Positions 51,330 to 63,446 of a stretch of DNA of 64,000 bases are shown piece after piece. The DNA is taken from contig OX442314.1 in assembly GCA_949358305.1 (NCBI GenBank), positions 6,386,001 to 6,450,000 of the forward strand. The letters run 5' to 3'. The position numbers were made by a program, and so were the translations under genes. This stretch comes from Strigamia acuminata (Eukaryota). Position 1 is the stretch's first letter. The number at the start of each line of letters is the position of its first letter. The notes beneath the pieces are model-generated. The model saw nothing but the letters and a program-made list of their open reading frames with translations. It searched no databases and was not told where the DNA came from.

Positions 51330-51920
51330 ATTTGCTGGATTTGCAGCTGATTTTCTGGATTTGTTGGATTTTCAACGGATTTGTAGCTGATTTGCTGGAA
51401 TTTCAACTGATTTGCAGTTGATTTGCTGGAATTTTAACTGATTTGCAGTTGAATTGCTGGATTTTCAACTTATTTGCTGGATTTGCAGCTGATTTGCTGG
51501 ATTTGCAGCTGATTTGCTTGATTTGCAGCTGATTTGCTGGATTTTCAACTTATTTGCTGGATTTGCAGCTGATTTTCACCTGATTTTCAGCTGATTTTCA
51601 CCTGATTTGCTGGATTTGCAGCTGATTTTCTGGATTTGCTGAATTTTCAGCTGATTTGCTGGATTTTCAGCTGATTTGCTGAATTTGCTGATTTTTAGCT
51701 GATTTGCTGGATTTGAACCTAATGGATTTTTAGCTGATTTGCTGGATTTTCAGCTGATTTGTTTGATTTTCAGCTGATTTCCTGAATTTTTAGCTGATTT
51801 CCTGGATTTGAAGCTGATTTGTTTGATATTCAGCTGATTTGCTGGATTTTCAGCTGATTTGCTAAAATTTCAACTGATTTGCGTGAATTTGTAGCTGATT
51901 TGCTTGATTTGCAGCTTATT
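51330..51920. repeat. Tandem array, 10/20 bp unit GATTTGCTGGATTTGCAGCT
   Basis: Visible. Confidence 0.88.
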
Positions 51921-52627
51921 TAGTTGATTCATACAACAAATCAGGTCCCCAGATATTCAGTTATCATATTGCAAGCTCATGTTGAATAAACCAACTTAAT
52001 TTATTCCTCTCATGCAAATTCTCCTTAACCAATTCCAATGCCACCCAGTACAACACAATTTCACACTTAAAAATCTCAAAAACAATTTTTTCTCCCCATA
52101 AAAATAAAGAAAAAAAAATCACCACCGCCGTAATTCCATGTTAGCAACTCCAAAAATGGTGCGACACTCAATAAATGAATTTCCATACAAATTGCTTATC
52201 AGCAACTCAAACAACAAAAAAAGTTTTAAAAAATTTTAAAAAAAAAAAATAAATTTTTTCCAAATATAAAAAAATTAGTTAATCAAATTAAATTAAATCC
52301 TGCCCCCCGTGCCCCCCCAGAATTTTTTTTTTTTTTATAGGGGCAAAATTGGCAGCAAATTGACAGCAGAAAGTGAAATTGGAATTTTTTCCCTGAAATT
52401 CTTGATAAGATTTGTGTTGAGCGAGGTGTTGTGGAACTCAGTTCCGGGTGGAGATTCCGAGCGCGAAAACCAGTTTTAATTCTGGACGCTGGACGCCCGG
52501 GCGGAGCTCGTCCAGCCGAACAAGAGGATGCAGTTGCACTTAATTTGCTGCGTTCTGATGCAATTTCAACCGGAATTATTATTTTACCATTTTTTTTTAA
52601 TTTTTTTTTTTTTGTTTTTATTTACAG

Positions 52628-52780
52628 CAACAAGTGGAAGAAGCGGCAAACGCGGCGCCGCCAAGGAGCAATTTCTGCTTCCCGAGCGCCGTAGCGCCAC
52701 TGCGCATGACCGGTCACACGGGGTACTTAACATTCGCGAGTCTGAATCCGAAGCCGAAGCTTTGCGACGCGCTTTTGTAA
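52628..52780 (+). CDS. TRMT61A: TRMT61A exon 4 (terminal)
   Basis: long T tract then ttacag|QQVEEAANAAPPRSNFCFPSAVAPLRMTGHTGYLTFASLNPKPKLCDALL*; AATAAA at 52813. Confidence 0.92.
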   Translation, partial: QQVEEAANAAPPRSNFCFPSAVAPLRMTGHTGYLTFASLNPKPKLCDALL

Positions 52781-53204
52781 ATTCAATGGCGGAATATTAA
52801 AATTATTGCTCGAATAAATCAAGGCGGATTTTGTTTGTTCTCGTGGGAAAATAATATAAAGGAGTTTGTTTACAAGGAAATGAAGGTTGTGCGGGGGTGA
52901 TGAAACAAAAGTAATTTATTGCTGAAAATATGATGATTATATTGTTTTTTTTTTTTTGTTTTTTTTTTTTGGGGGGGGGGGGGATTTTAAAGGTCAAATG
53001 TTTGGTAAAATCGAGAGTGGTTGATGGAAAAGTGGATTTTGCTTTTCTGGAAAAGTGATCATGTAAACGCGTTTGGTTTGCGCAAGTTTGCTCGCTGCAA
53101 ATTGTGATGTTAACGTGTGCGTGTGCTTAAGGGGCCGCGGTTGATTAGGTTTGTCAGATGGATTGAAGTCTGGATGAAAGTGTAGCACTTTCAGGATGAA
53201 TGTC

Positions 53205-53850
53205 TAGAAATGCATTTTCTTGTCTAAAAATGCATTTTCTTGTCTAAAAATGCATTTTTTTTGTCTAAAAATGCATTTTTCTTGTCTAAAAATGCATTTT
53301 TCTTGTCTAAAAATGCATTTTTCTTGTCTAAAAATGCATTTTTCTTGTCTAAAAATGCATTTTTCTTGTCTAAAAATGCATTTTTCTTGTCTAAAAATGC
53401 ATTTTTCTTGTCTAAAAATGCATTTTCCTGTCCAAAAATGTCCTTTCCTGTCTAAAAACTGTCTAAGAATGCATTTTACCTGTCTAAAAACTGTCTAAAA
53501 TGCATTTTTGCTGTCTAAAAACTGTCTAAGAATGCATTTTTCCAGTCTAAAAACTGTCTAAAATGCATTTTTGCTGTCTAAAAACTGTCTAAGAATGCAT
53601 TTTTCCAGTCTAAAAACTGTCTAAAATGCATTTTTCCTGTCTAAAAACTGTCTAAAATGCATTTTTCCTGTCTAAAAACTGTCTAAAATGCATTTTTCCT
53701 GTCTAAAAACTGTCTAAGAATGCATTTTTCTAGTCTAAAAACTGTCTAAAATGCATTTTTCCTGTCTAAAAACTGTCTAAGAATGCATTTTTCCTATATA
53801 AAAATGCATTTTCCTATATAAAAATGCATTTTCCTATATAAAAATGCATT
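53205..53850. repeat. Tandem array, 21 bp TGTCTAAAAATGCATTTTTCT changing to a 31-32 bp unit
   Basis: Visible. Confidence 0.9.
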
Positions 53851-55176
53851 TTTTTTATCAGCTTAGTGCACTTTTTGTTTGATTTGTGCACTTTTCTGTC
53901 TGATCAGTACACACTTCTATCTGATTATTGCATATTTTTCATCTAAAATGGTTTATTTATTCTTCTAAAAACTCCAGATTAATCAAATGAAAATATCATG
54001 AATGCTTTGCTTAATGGTCTAGAGGAAGTTCATTCTAATGTAAATTTTCACTCTTCAACTTAATGATTACAAAAAAAAATTTCTACAAACCCGGGAATTA
54101 GACGATAAAACAGAAAACATGAAAATTCTTTCCACCAAATTTCTACACTTTACTTTTTTTCTCATTTTTTTTTGCTTTGTTTATCATTTTCCTTTACTTT
54201 TCCAACTCCATTACCACATTCCAAATTTCAATATTAAACACATAATTTAATTTTTTCTTCACATACATTTTTTTGGTCTTATTTTTCCTCCAAAGTCTTA
54301 ATTTCCAGCACATCCAACGCGATTTTTTCCTTCCAGGAGGTTTTCATTCGACACTAAATCTAATGTATATTCCAAAGACTTAGCCTAGGAAACCCTACGG
54401 AGTAAACTATGCGTGTGAGGAATTCAGAGACCGACGAAAAAGTGGATTCAGAATTAAGTGCGCGGTTGACAATGCCATAAATCCTCGATTTAAAATTGAA
54501 AAGATCCCACAATAATTTTTGTCGTTAACATGCAGATTGAATCGTCACAACACCGGAAATACCAAACTTTTCCAATTTCTGCAAGTTTGAAAAAAATAGA
54601 TACCATTTTGTTCCAAAATACATTAGGTGCGTACAGTATAAAATGGATTTCGCTGATTTCGCCGATTTAGCTGATTTCGGGAGCCCGGAACCAGAAGTGA
54701 CGGTTTTTCCGTCGTAAAAACGAAATTGGATTTCAGAAAATCCGGTTTCGGGAAAGCAACGTATAGGGTCGCTTTCCTTGATTTCGTTGATTTCCAAGTT
54801 GATTTTCAGCCATCTTGAATTGCACATAGAGCGATCAGAGCAGTTATTTTTGTTTGCAATTTAATAATTGCAAATTGCAATTGCAATTGGGAAAATTGGG
54901 AAAATGATGATATTTCGGCCGCGTTTGAGCTCTCAAATGCGGCCGACTCTGTGTAAATATCCTGCATTGCAAACAGGAAGTTGATCCCATGGTTCACATT
55001 GCGTATGTGCAGCAGTTAGACTTTGGGAAATTTTAAGGTTGTTCAAAGTTGAAATCCGATTTTCTCGATTTCTGAAAATCAGAACGGGTACGGGTAGGGT
55101 AGGGTAGAGAATTTTTTTTGGAGACGGGTAACGGACGGATAACGGGTAAGGATTTTACGCTAATGCACATCTCTGA

Positions 55177-55596
55177 CCGCGACATCAATGTACCACATAT
55201 AAAAACCAGTAAGGTTACTGCGGTGTATTTGTACCACAAGGAATTATGCAGGTTTGAGCACATTAGGAAATCACGATGCATTCTACCGCGACATCAATGT
55301 ACCACATAGAAAAACCAGTAAGGTTACTGTCGTGTATTTGTACCACAAGGAATTGTGCAGGTTTGAGCACATTAGGAAATCGCGACACTTTCTACCGCGA
55401 CATCAATGTACCACATATAAAAACCATTAAGGTTACTGTCGTGTATTTGTACCACAAGGAATTGTGCAGGTTTGAGCACATTAGGAAATCGCGACACTTT
55501 CTACCGCGACATCAATGTACCACATATAAAAACCAGTAAGGTTACTGTAGTGTATTTGTACCACATGGAATTGTGCAGGTTTGAGCACATTAGGAA
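55177..55596. repeat. 109 bp tandem repeat, ~3.85 copies
   Basis: ccgcgacatcaatgtaccacat recurs at 55177, 55286, 55395, 55504. Confidence 0.92.
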
Positions 55597-56963
55597 GTTA
55601 CATTTCAATGAAAAGTGTGCGTAAACCATCCTTTGTACACGGCCGTTGCTTTCCACTTTCATTTAGGCCTTACATTTTTTCAACTACGGCTTTATTATTT
55701 AGTTTACGGCCCTAAATCAGCCATCTTTTATCCGTCCCCGACCATTATTTTCTCTACTCTGTTTTTATTCGACAAATGACCATCCATAAAGATGTTTTCT
55801 GTCTCCGGGATGAAAAGATTAAAGAAATAAAAAAAATGTACTAATAACTTGATTGCACCTCAACAAATCTCATTTGTCCGCCATGTTTACTCCGAAATAC
55901 TACTGTAAAAAAATAAATCTTGCACCCAAATACCTACACACCTTCATTTGAAAAGAATTTGGGATTAATTTTTTGTTTTTTTTATTTTTATTTTGTAGTG
56001 GTTTTCTCTAGGGGTGTAGCCCATCATTAACCTTTTTTTCCCTCACTCAATTACCCCCTACCACGTGACCTCACCTGCACTTAAGCCGCTTTGTTGGGGT
56101 GTGACTCGTCGCACTTGTTCCACCATTTAATTTATATATTATTTTTTTTTTGTGTGGAAAAGAAAACATTGAGATAAATAAAATACACAATTAATTTATT
56201 GTCCACAAATTTCTCTTCCATTTTGTTTTTTATTCACATAAGAAATATTTTTAAATAATTTTTTTTATATAAAAAATGACATGTAAATTGATACAAAAAT
56301 ATTTTATGTATTTATTTTTTATTTTTAGAAAAATGGCACTTTTGTATCTTTTTTTAAAAAAAAAATTTTTAATGCGCAATTTGTATGAAAATCCCTTTAA
56401 AAAAAAATTTATGAACACCATTTTGATTTAAATAGAATACTTGTTGAAGCAGATGCTATTTTGAGCAGATGAACTTTAAAAAGATAGAATTGAGCCTTGA
56501 AAATTAAAATCAGGTATTGCTGGAAAAACCCTCTTTTTTTTAAAAAAAATAAATAAAACAAAATGAGCAAATTGAAAAGTAAAAATCCAATTAGAAAGAA
56601 ATCAAGAAAAATTATGTATTGTTTCCTTGTCCTGGGATAAGTCTCAATGATGAGGTTAAAAATATCTACAGAAAATGATGATCAGCAAACGTGAAAAGCA
56701 TAAAAATTGAATTTATTGTGGGTGAAAAATGAATTTGACATGTAAAAGTACAAAAAAAATCAATTTTTTTGTGTAAAAATTTCAAAAACTCAATTTTTAT
56801 GACCAAAAATTCTAAAAATTCTAAAACTTTAATTTTTTTTTGCAAAAAATTTTAAATGCAAAAATTTGAAATAGTCAATTTTTTAATGCAAAAATTCGAA
56901 ATAGTCAATTTTTTAATTCAAAATTTCTAAAAATTCAATTTATTAATTCAAAAATTAGAAATA

Positions 56964-57405
56964 CCGTATATACTCGCGTATAGTGCGAAATATTTATTGC
57001 GAATTTTGGACCTCGAATTGGGGGGGTCGCACTATACGCGCATAATAAAAAAAAAAAAAAAAAAATTGACGTATACGTAACGTTTGGACTACGTGCGTAA
57101 TTCGTACGTATTTCACTTCGTTTATCCCGTTTACAACAGACAATATGACCAACCGACAATCCAAATAATGCAAATAATGCAACAATCCAGCAATCCATCA
57201 TCGAAATATAAGCAAGAGGAAAAATTTTTTTTGATTTTAAAGTTTCCTTTTAAATAAATAAACTTTTCTAACCACATTTTGCAGTGTTGTGGTACACAAA
57301 TGTTAATTCGCATTATACGCGCATACATCACTTATTAGCAAAAATGGCGCCTAAAATGGGGGGGTCGCATTATACGCGGGTCGCATTATACGCGAGTATA
57401 TACGG
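56964..57405. mobile_element. Tc1/pogo-type MITE (relative of 50228-50580) inserted at a TA inside an A-tract array
   Basis: TIRs ccgtatatactcgcgtata / tatacgcgagtatatacgg; splits the array unit gaaata|gtcaatt. Confidence 0.88.
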
Positions 57406-57875
57406 TAGTCAATTTTTTAATGCAAAAATTCCAAAAATTCAATTTTTCAATTAAAAAAATCCATAAAATTCAATTTTTTGAGGCAAAAATTCAGAGTATT
57501 CACTTTTTATCGTAAAATGTATTAAAATTTAATTTTTTGACGCCAAAATTCAACAATTTTAAGGCAAAAATTCAACAATTTTAAGGCAAAAATTCAACAA
57601 TTTCAAGGCAAATTCAACAATTCAACAATTTTCAAGGCAAAATCGAATTTCTTAATATAAAATTTGAAATCCATTTGGTCATAATTGTACAAAATGAAAA
57701 AAATGCATTTCTCCATCCGCCCCCATTCCCAAACCTCAAATCTGGCAAACCCAACCCATCAAAACACAAACAACAAAAAAAAAACACATTTTAATTGGCA
57801 TAACGTTGCTGTGCAACTCCAAACTCCCCACAAAATTGACAATATGCCATACAACAACAAAGTCACAGACTTTAA

Positions 57876-58560
57876 TCACCACATAGTCTCCACGGGACTC
57901 TCCCGCCGCCTCTTCCACGCGCCCTCACTTCGCGACACCTCCACCAGGGGACTCGCCGCCAACACGCACGTCCCGTCCGCCGTTTCCGGCGTCCGACACC
58001 CTCCTCCGATATCCGGCACGTGCTGTTCCCTCAACTCGTGCACGTTGCACGTCACCGGTCCGCCCCGTGACGCCCACCCGCACGTGACACTCACATCCGG
58101 CACCGTCTGCGCACAATCCGCCGTCAGCGCCACCAACGCCGCGTCGTCCGACTCGCCGTCTTCGTCCACGACCGACGACTTCCACGCGAAAAGTCGCTTC
58201 GGGGCGGCCGGAAGCGCGAAGGAGAACGCCATGGCTGCCACGCCGCCACTTCCGCCCCCCAGAGCTAGGCTGTGCGGGTGGTAGGCCCCGGGCGGCGGAA
58301 ATCCGTAGTGCGGGGCCGGCTGGGAGCCGTTGGGGGGCGCGTGCACCGGCGGGAAGTAGGCGGCAGCCGTGGGAAGGTTGACGGAGGTTGAACCGGCGGG
58401 TGGTTGTTCGAAGGCGCCCACCGAAGCCGGGTAGAAGGTGGCCGCTCGGGGAGGCGGGATGTGCGGCTCGGCGTAGGCGACGCCGTATTGGAGTTTGCTC
58501 TGGACGGAGTAGTAGTGGTAGAGTGAGGCGTTGGCTCTCATCACTCGTGCTTCTTTCTCG
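57876..58560 (-). CDS. dysf: dysfusion/NPAS4-family bHLH-PAS protein, terminal coding exon
   Basis: ttaacag|(S)EKEARVMRANASLYHYYSVQSKLQYG, resembling the post-PAS-B segment of Drosophila Dysfusion, then a Pro-rich tail; open to the stop at 57876. Confidence 0.82.
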
Positions 58561-59146
58561 CTGTTAAAGAGAAGAGATATTCATTAGATCACTTGAACGA
58601 GTCTAGTCTTGATTGAATACACTAAAAATTGAGGTTAAGTAAAAAGACGGCGATCTTTATAATTATAAAACGTCCTAGACGTTAGGTCAGTGTCCGCGTG
58701 GGCAAAACCATCCTCACCTCCCATTTTTCTGCCACTACAGGTGCAAGACCTACAAGTGGAGACCATCTGCCACGTGATTATGATTTTCATTGAGAGAAAT
58801 CTTTAAGTCTTAGCGGCCCTTGAATTTGCGAGTTCATTGGTGTAAGCCTAGCTAGCCTACCTGTAAAGATGTCGCTAAGTACCTTGTAGTCTGTAGTGAA
58901 CCGGACAATGCTCATCCGGACAGTTGTGTTTTCTGGACAGATTTGCTGGACCCTACCTATACCAAGCAATGTTAAATTCTGTTAAATTAAGTACGGAAAA
59001 CTATCTAGGACCCATTCTACATCCGGGCTGTACTGAGCATCAATCCAGGCCTTATGTATCTGTTACTTCTGAAGTTTTGGGTTTATATACAGTGATGTTA
59101 TTATTGTGTCTTCCGTTAGGGCATTTGAGAGGAGAAGTACCATATA

Positions 59147-59531
59147 CTCCAAATCGATACAACGTTGTCTAAACTTCTATTGGTTGAGCCGGATTACGCT
59201 TACTGTGGACTGTGCTCTAATACGCGGAAAGTAGTTCTGTTTATTTTCAATGAATTTCAGTGTAAAAAGTGATTAGAATGATGGATTTTATTTAATTGGT
59301 AATAAAATGTTTATTTTTTTTGCTAAAATAAGCTTTTCCCCCTTTTAATCAATCAAACAATGTTAGCATAGTTTGTTGGTTTCTTTTGGCAGGTAAACAA
59401 AGGTTTAGTTTTTTTTTCGTTGTTTTGCCTAGTTAGATTACAATTCTGGTATTACAGGCTACTTTTTTGTGCCACCACCAGTGAGACGGCTCAACCAATA
59501 GGAGTTTAGACAACGTTGTATCAGTTTGGAG
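59147..59531. mobile_element. MITE with ~45 bp TIRs and TA TSD
   Basis: ctccaaatcgatacaacgttgtctaaacttctattggttgagccg / cggctcaaccaataggagtttagacaacgttgtatcagtttggag. Confidence 0.82.
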
Positions 59532-60250
59532 TAAAGTCATAGTCACTCATTTCCTCGAGAATTTAATGCACCTATTGTGTTAACATCACATGTATAATGC
59601 AGATAAAGAAATACTTAAGGACCGCTATAATGATAAGGAGTTTAGTATCTTAACATATGTTTAATTACACTGAGCTTAATATAGTGAGCTCCCCATAGAC
59701 GGGGAATCTGTTTGGGACTCACCTAATACCTGGTAATGCTAAAACCTCCCTTTAGACCAAACACCCTTTTTTTGGATCTGTCTGTGCCCAGTCTAGAGGG
59801 TACTCAATAATACAGGTATCCCTCGATTAACTGGTTCCGTGAAATCGTTGCATTAAGTAAAGATTTCTTATAGAAATTTGTGATGGAATTATTCAGGATA
59901 CCTGCCAGACTGAATCCAGGCTGGCATTGTGTCCAAAGCAGGATAAATTATTACACCCCTAATTTCACTGAATTTACCACTAATACAATATTGAATTCCC
60001 CACTTACTAAATTTTTCTCTCCCACTAGTTTAACTGAACCCAAATTAATTAGTTTTCCCACTAATAATAAATTAGGTTTTCCATTAATTTAATTAATTTT
60101 TTGGGCCGCCCCCTCCCCGGCGCTTATTTGAAACTCGGAGTTTATACGGACCCGGCGATTATCCAGAAAAAAAGTCTAATATCAATAAAAAAGATTCGGA
60201 AAGTGAATCCAACGTTATTAGTGACGTCGAAAGTATTCGAGTATAGTTAA

Positions 60251-60714
60251 CCCTTGGAGGCATAAGGCTATACGGATTTATGGACAAGCTCTTTCTTGAA
60301 TAGGAAAATTTTTTTTTCCTATTGTTTTTTTTGCTGAAAATATGTGATTTTGTTTATATCGTACTGAACCTTAACTCAGGTGAAATTTTAAGTCATTGGT
60401 CATTTATTTAATTAATTATGCTAAATGCAAATTTTCTGCCCCTTAAAACTCCAGCAAAACTATTATGCTGGCTTTGCTGCCTAAGAAAGAGCGCTTCAGT
60501 TAACAGCTTTTCGCATTTACCAGTAGTGTTTAAACCAACCACTAATTGGTAAAAAAATATATTTTTTCACTGTTCACAACTAGCACCCTCTATAAAATTA
60601 GTTGCAAACTTTCAAAAATCGAAACGGTGCTTTAACTAATTGACCTGAAAATTGTCCATAAATCCGTAATGCCTTATACCAGAACGGCACATTTTACCCT
60701 TATGACTCCGAGGG
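60251..60714. mobile_element. piggyBac-like MITE
   Basis: TTAA TSD on both sides; TIRs cccttggaggcataagg / ccttatgactccgaggg. Confidence 0.85.
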
Positions 60715-61275
60715 TTAAATAAATCTACGTAAAATCCATTTAACTTTAATTAAATAACTTTTCTAAATAATAAAACAGTGTGCAAACAGCCCACATGATC
60801 ACCCCATAAATCTACCTACGAAACCCGGTCTCCGCCAGTAATTAAAGAAATCCAGTGGACAGATATAAACAAAGCTAAAAAAGAATTCCTGCGGTTGTCC
60901 CTTGCGCTTCGCTCATCCATCACCTTTTCCTCTGCCCAATTTTTTCTCCCTTTATTCTCCTTGTTATCGTTTCCATCAGAGGGTCCAGTCGAAAACATGC
61001 ACTCGCTATGGGCTTTTCGCTGCCCCCCCTCCACCAAATTCCAACATTGAGAGAGATAGATAAAAAAATGAGGTAATCACTGGGTTTTTTTCTCAAGGGG
61101 GAGGAGTTAAACGCCCAAGGTTTCTTTACGGATCGTTTTGGCAAAATGCAATTCCTGATCAGTATCGGAGCGGCCTAAAACGGGCAAGAAATTAATTTGG
61201 CTGCAATCACTCTGCATCGCCATTCGTTTGGGGATGGAATTGATTGCTGTGTTTGGGTTTTGGGGGTGGGAATAC

Positions 61276-61429
61276 CTGAGGACTTGGTTGGTGCAGACAA
61301 CAACGGGTTGTTGGGTGTTGTCTAGGTTGTCCTTCACTTGGAGTACGGCGTGGATCCAGAGTGTGCCACCGGTGCGGGTGTGGAGTCGGAGGAGGAGGAT
61401 GCCGGATTTTTCTTGTTCGGATTGAGTGA
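61276..61429 (-). CDS. dysf: dysfusion/NPAS4-family exon (PAS-B/PAC)
   Basis: ccacag|ITQSEQEKSGILLLRLHTRTGGTLWIHAVLQVKDNLDNTQQPVVVCTNQVL|gtattc. Confidence 0.9.
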
Positions 61430-61499
61430 CTGTGGAGATAAAGAAAGGGTGGTTTGAGGGATTGAAATTTTTTTTTTTTTTTTTTTGTCAGTTTTCTGC

Positions 61500-62100
61500 A
61501 TTTTTTTACTAAAATTGGCTTTTTTTGTTGCTAGAATTATCATTTTTTGACTAAATTTTTTTTTTTTTTTTACTAAAATTGGCATTTTTCTCATTAAAAA
61601 ATGGCATTTTTCTCATTAAAAATGGCATTTTTCTCATTAAAAATGGCATTTTTCTCACTAAAAATGGCATTTTTCTCACAAAAATTGGCATTTTTCTCAC
61701 AAAAATTGACATTTCTCTCATTAAAATTGTTATTTTTCTCACTAAAATTGTTATTTTTCCCACTAAAATTATTATTTTTTACAAACATTATTGTTTTTCA
61801 CTAAAATTGTCATTTTCCACTTAAATTGTCATTTTTACCACCAAAATTATCATTTTTCTACTAAAATCATAACTGTTTCCACTAAAATCATCTCTTTACA
61901 CTAAGTTTATCAGTTTTTCGACTAAAATTATTAGTTTTTTCGACTAAAATTATCAGTTTTTTTTACTAAAACGATCAGTTTTTCGACTAAAATTATCACT
62001 TTTTCGACTAAAATTATCACTTTTTCGACTAAAATTCTCACTTTTTCGACTGAAATTATCAGTTTTTCGACTAAAATTATCAGTATTTCTACTGACATCA
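61500..62100. repeat. Tandem array, 21 bp unit AAAAATGGCATTTTTCTCAYT drifting to TTTTTCGACTAAAATTATCAS
   Basis: Visible. Confidence 0.88.
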
Positions 62101-62750
62101 TCATATTTCCAAATGACCCCATTGTCCAAAATCTATTGTTGCAAATCAACAATTAAAGATTTGCTTCCATTATTCCAACCCAAAAAAAAAGATTTGACAA
62201 CGTTTCGACAATCCCCTAAAAAACCCCAAAATCCATCAACCTTTTTTCCCTTTTTCTTTTTAATATTTAAAAATCCTAACTCGAATACAAAGGAACAGGA
62301 GTTTGTTGCCCAGCGGGCCCAAGGTGCTAATTGGTCCGAGAAAAGTGCAACCCTATCATTACTGCAAATCTACTTGTCACTTGACTGCAATTGATGAACT
62401 TTATGCCGCCATTTTCCTCAATGGCCACTGGCCATATCTCTATGACTGATGATCATTTTTATCTCACATAGAGACAATAAGTGAATCATTAACAAACAAT
62501 TATTTCCCTCCTTCCAAAACCTTTCAAGTCTCATGGAAAATAATGATGAAAAAAAGACCGAACACCTCAGCCGGGGTCAACCTTTTGATAAATGATGCTG
62601 ACTTTTCCTTTTCAGCCATTGGCCTTGTTCTAACTGCCATCAAAAACAATTTTTACTTTCAACAGCCATTTTTTCTTGCGTAGTGCCAAGAAAATGAGAG
62701 AAAATGAGGAATGGTCAGGATGGGGTTGAGTTTGATTAAGTGCTACTTAC

Positions 62751-62857
62751 TGAGTTTGTGTTTGCTTTGAGCTTCCCTCATGTGCTCCCAGTGAACAAGT
62801 TGGTACCAGGATAGGCCTTGGATGTTCGCTTTGGAGTAGCCCAAGTAGAATTCACCG
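62751..62857 (-). CDS. dysf: dysfusion/NPAS4-family exon (PAS-B); upstream exons outside window
   Basis: ttcag|GEFYLGYSKANIQGLSWYQLVHWEHMREAQSKHKL|gtaagt; LGY...G.SWY..H PAS-B signature. Confidence 0.9.
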
Positions 62858-63446
62858 CTGAATAAAATAGATGGGATGTATTGATTAAGTCTGAGCGGTG
62901 GATTATTCGGTTTGTGGGTCGATGTATTGTATGTCGATGTTTCGGGTAAGTTAACACGCTTTGTATTCACATTCATTTGTGGATGAAAATTAGTAAAATA
63001 TGAGCACAATAAGGTAAATAAACCACCCTCTGCTACCACACACTTGTGTTCTCGGTAGACGAATAATTGTATGTTTCTAGTAGGTTACCGTACCGCCTAC
63101 ACCAGGGGGTAATTTGATACCAGGCGTTTATTTGAGCCAGGCATTTAACCAGAAAAATAGTCAAAAATAAGTTATCGGGAAAACAAAGTAGCAGAAAAAT
63201 ATTTTATTCACTACAATGCGTACCGAACTCCACTCACAAGGAGAGGGCAGGAGTGTGTCCCTCACAATTGTTTAATTTTTGTCAAAATAAAGTATTGTTA
63301 TTATCTAAACAGTCAATACTTTCATTATTTAAATGCAACGCTCTTTCACATTGTTACAAACAGTCAAAACACACAGGATTCTTTACTGTGTGTAGAATCA
63401 TCCTTTTATCACTTTTTTGAGTAAAAAGGTCAAGTGTAGCACTACA

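Noticed and set aside
52431..52800. ORF-track frames 52431-52694 and 52528-52800 as the TRMT61A C-terminus
   Set aside because: The conserved GHTGYLTFA motif lies in the third frame starting at the 52628 acceptor.
55177..55596. CRISPR-like regular repeat
   Set aside because: Whole 109 bp units repeat with no unique spacers; eukaryotic context and no cas genes.
62543..62601. C/D box snoRNA candidate (ATGATGA...CTGA)
   Set aside because: Antisense to the host dysf intron, short, with no terminal stem.
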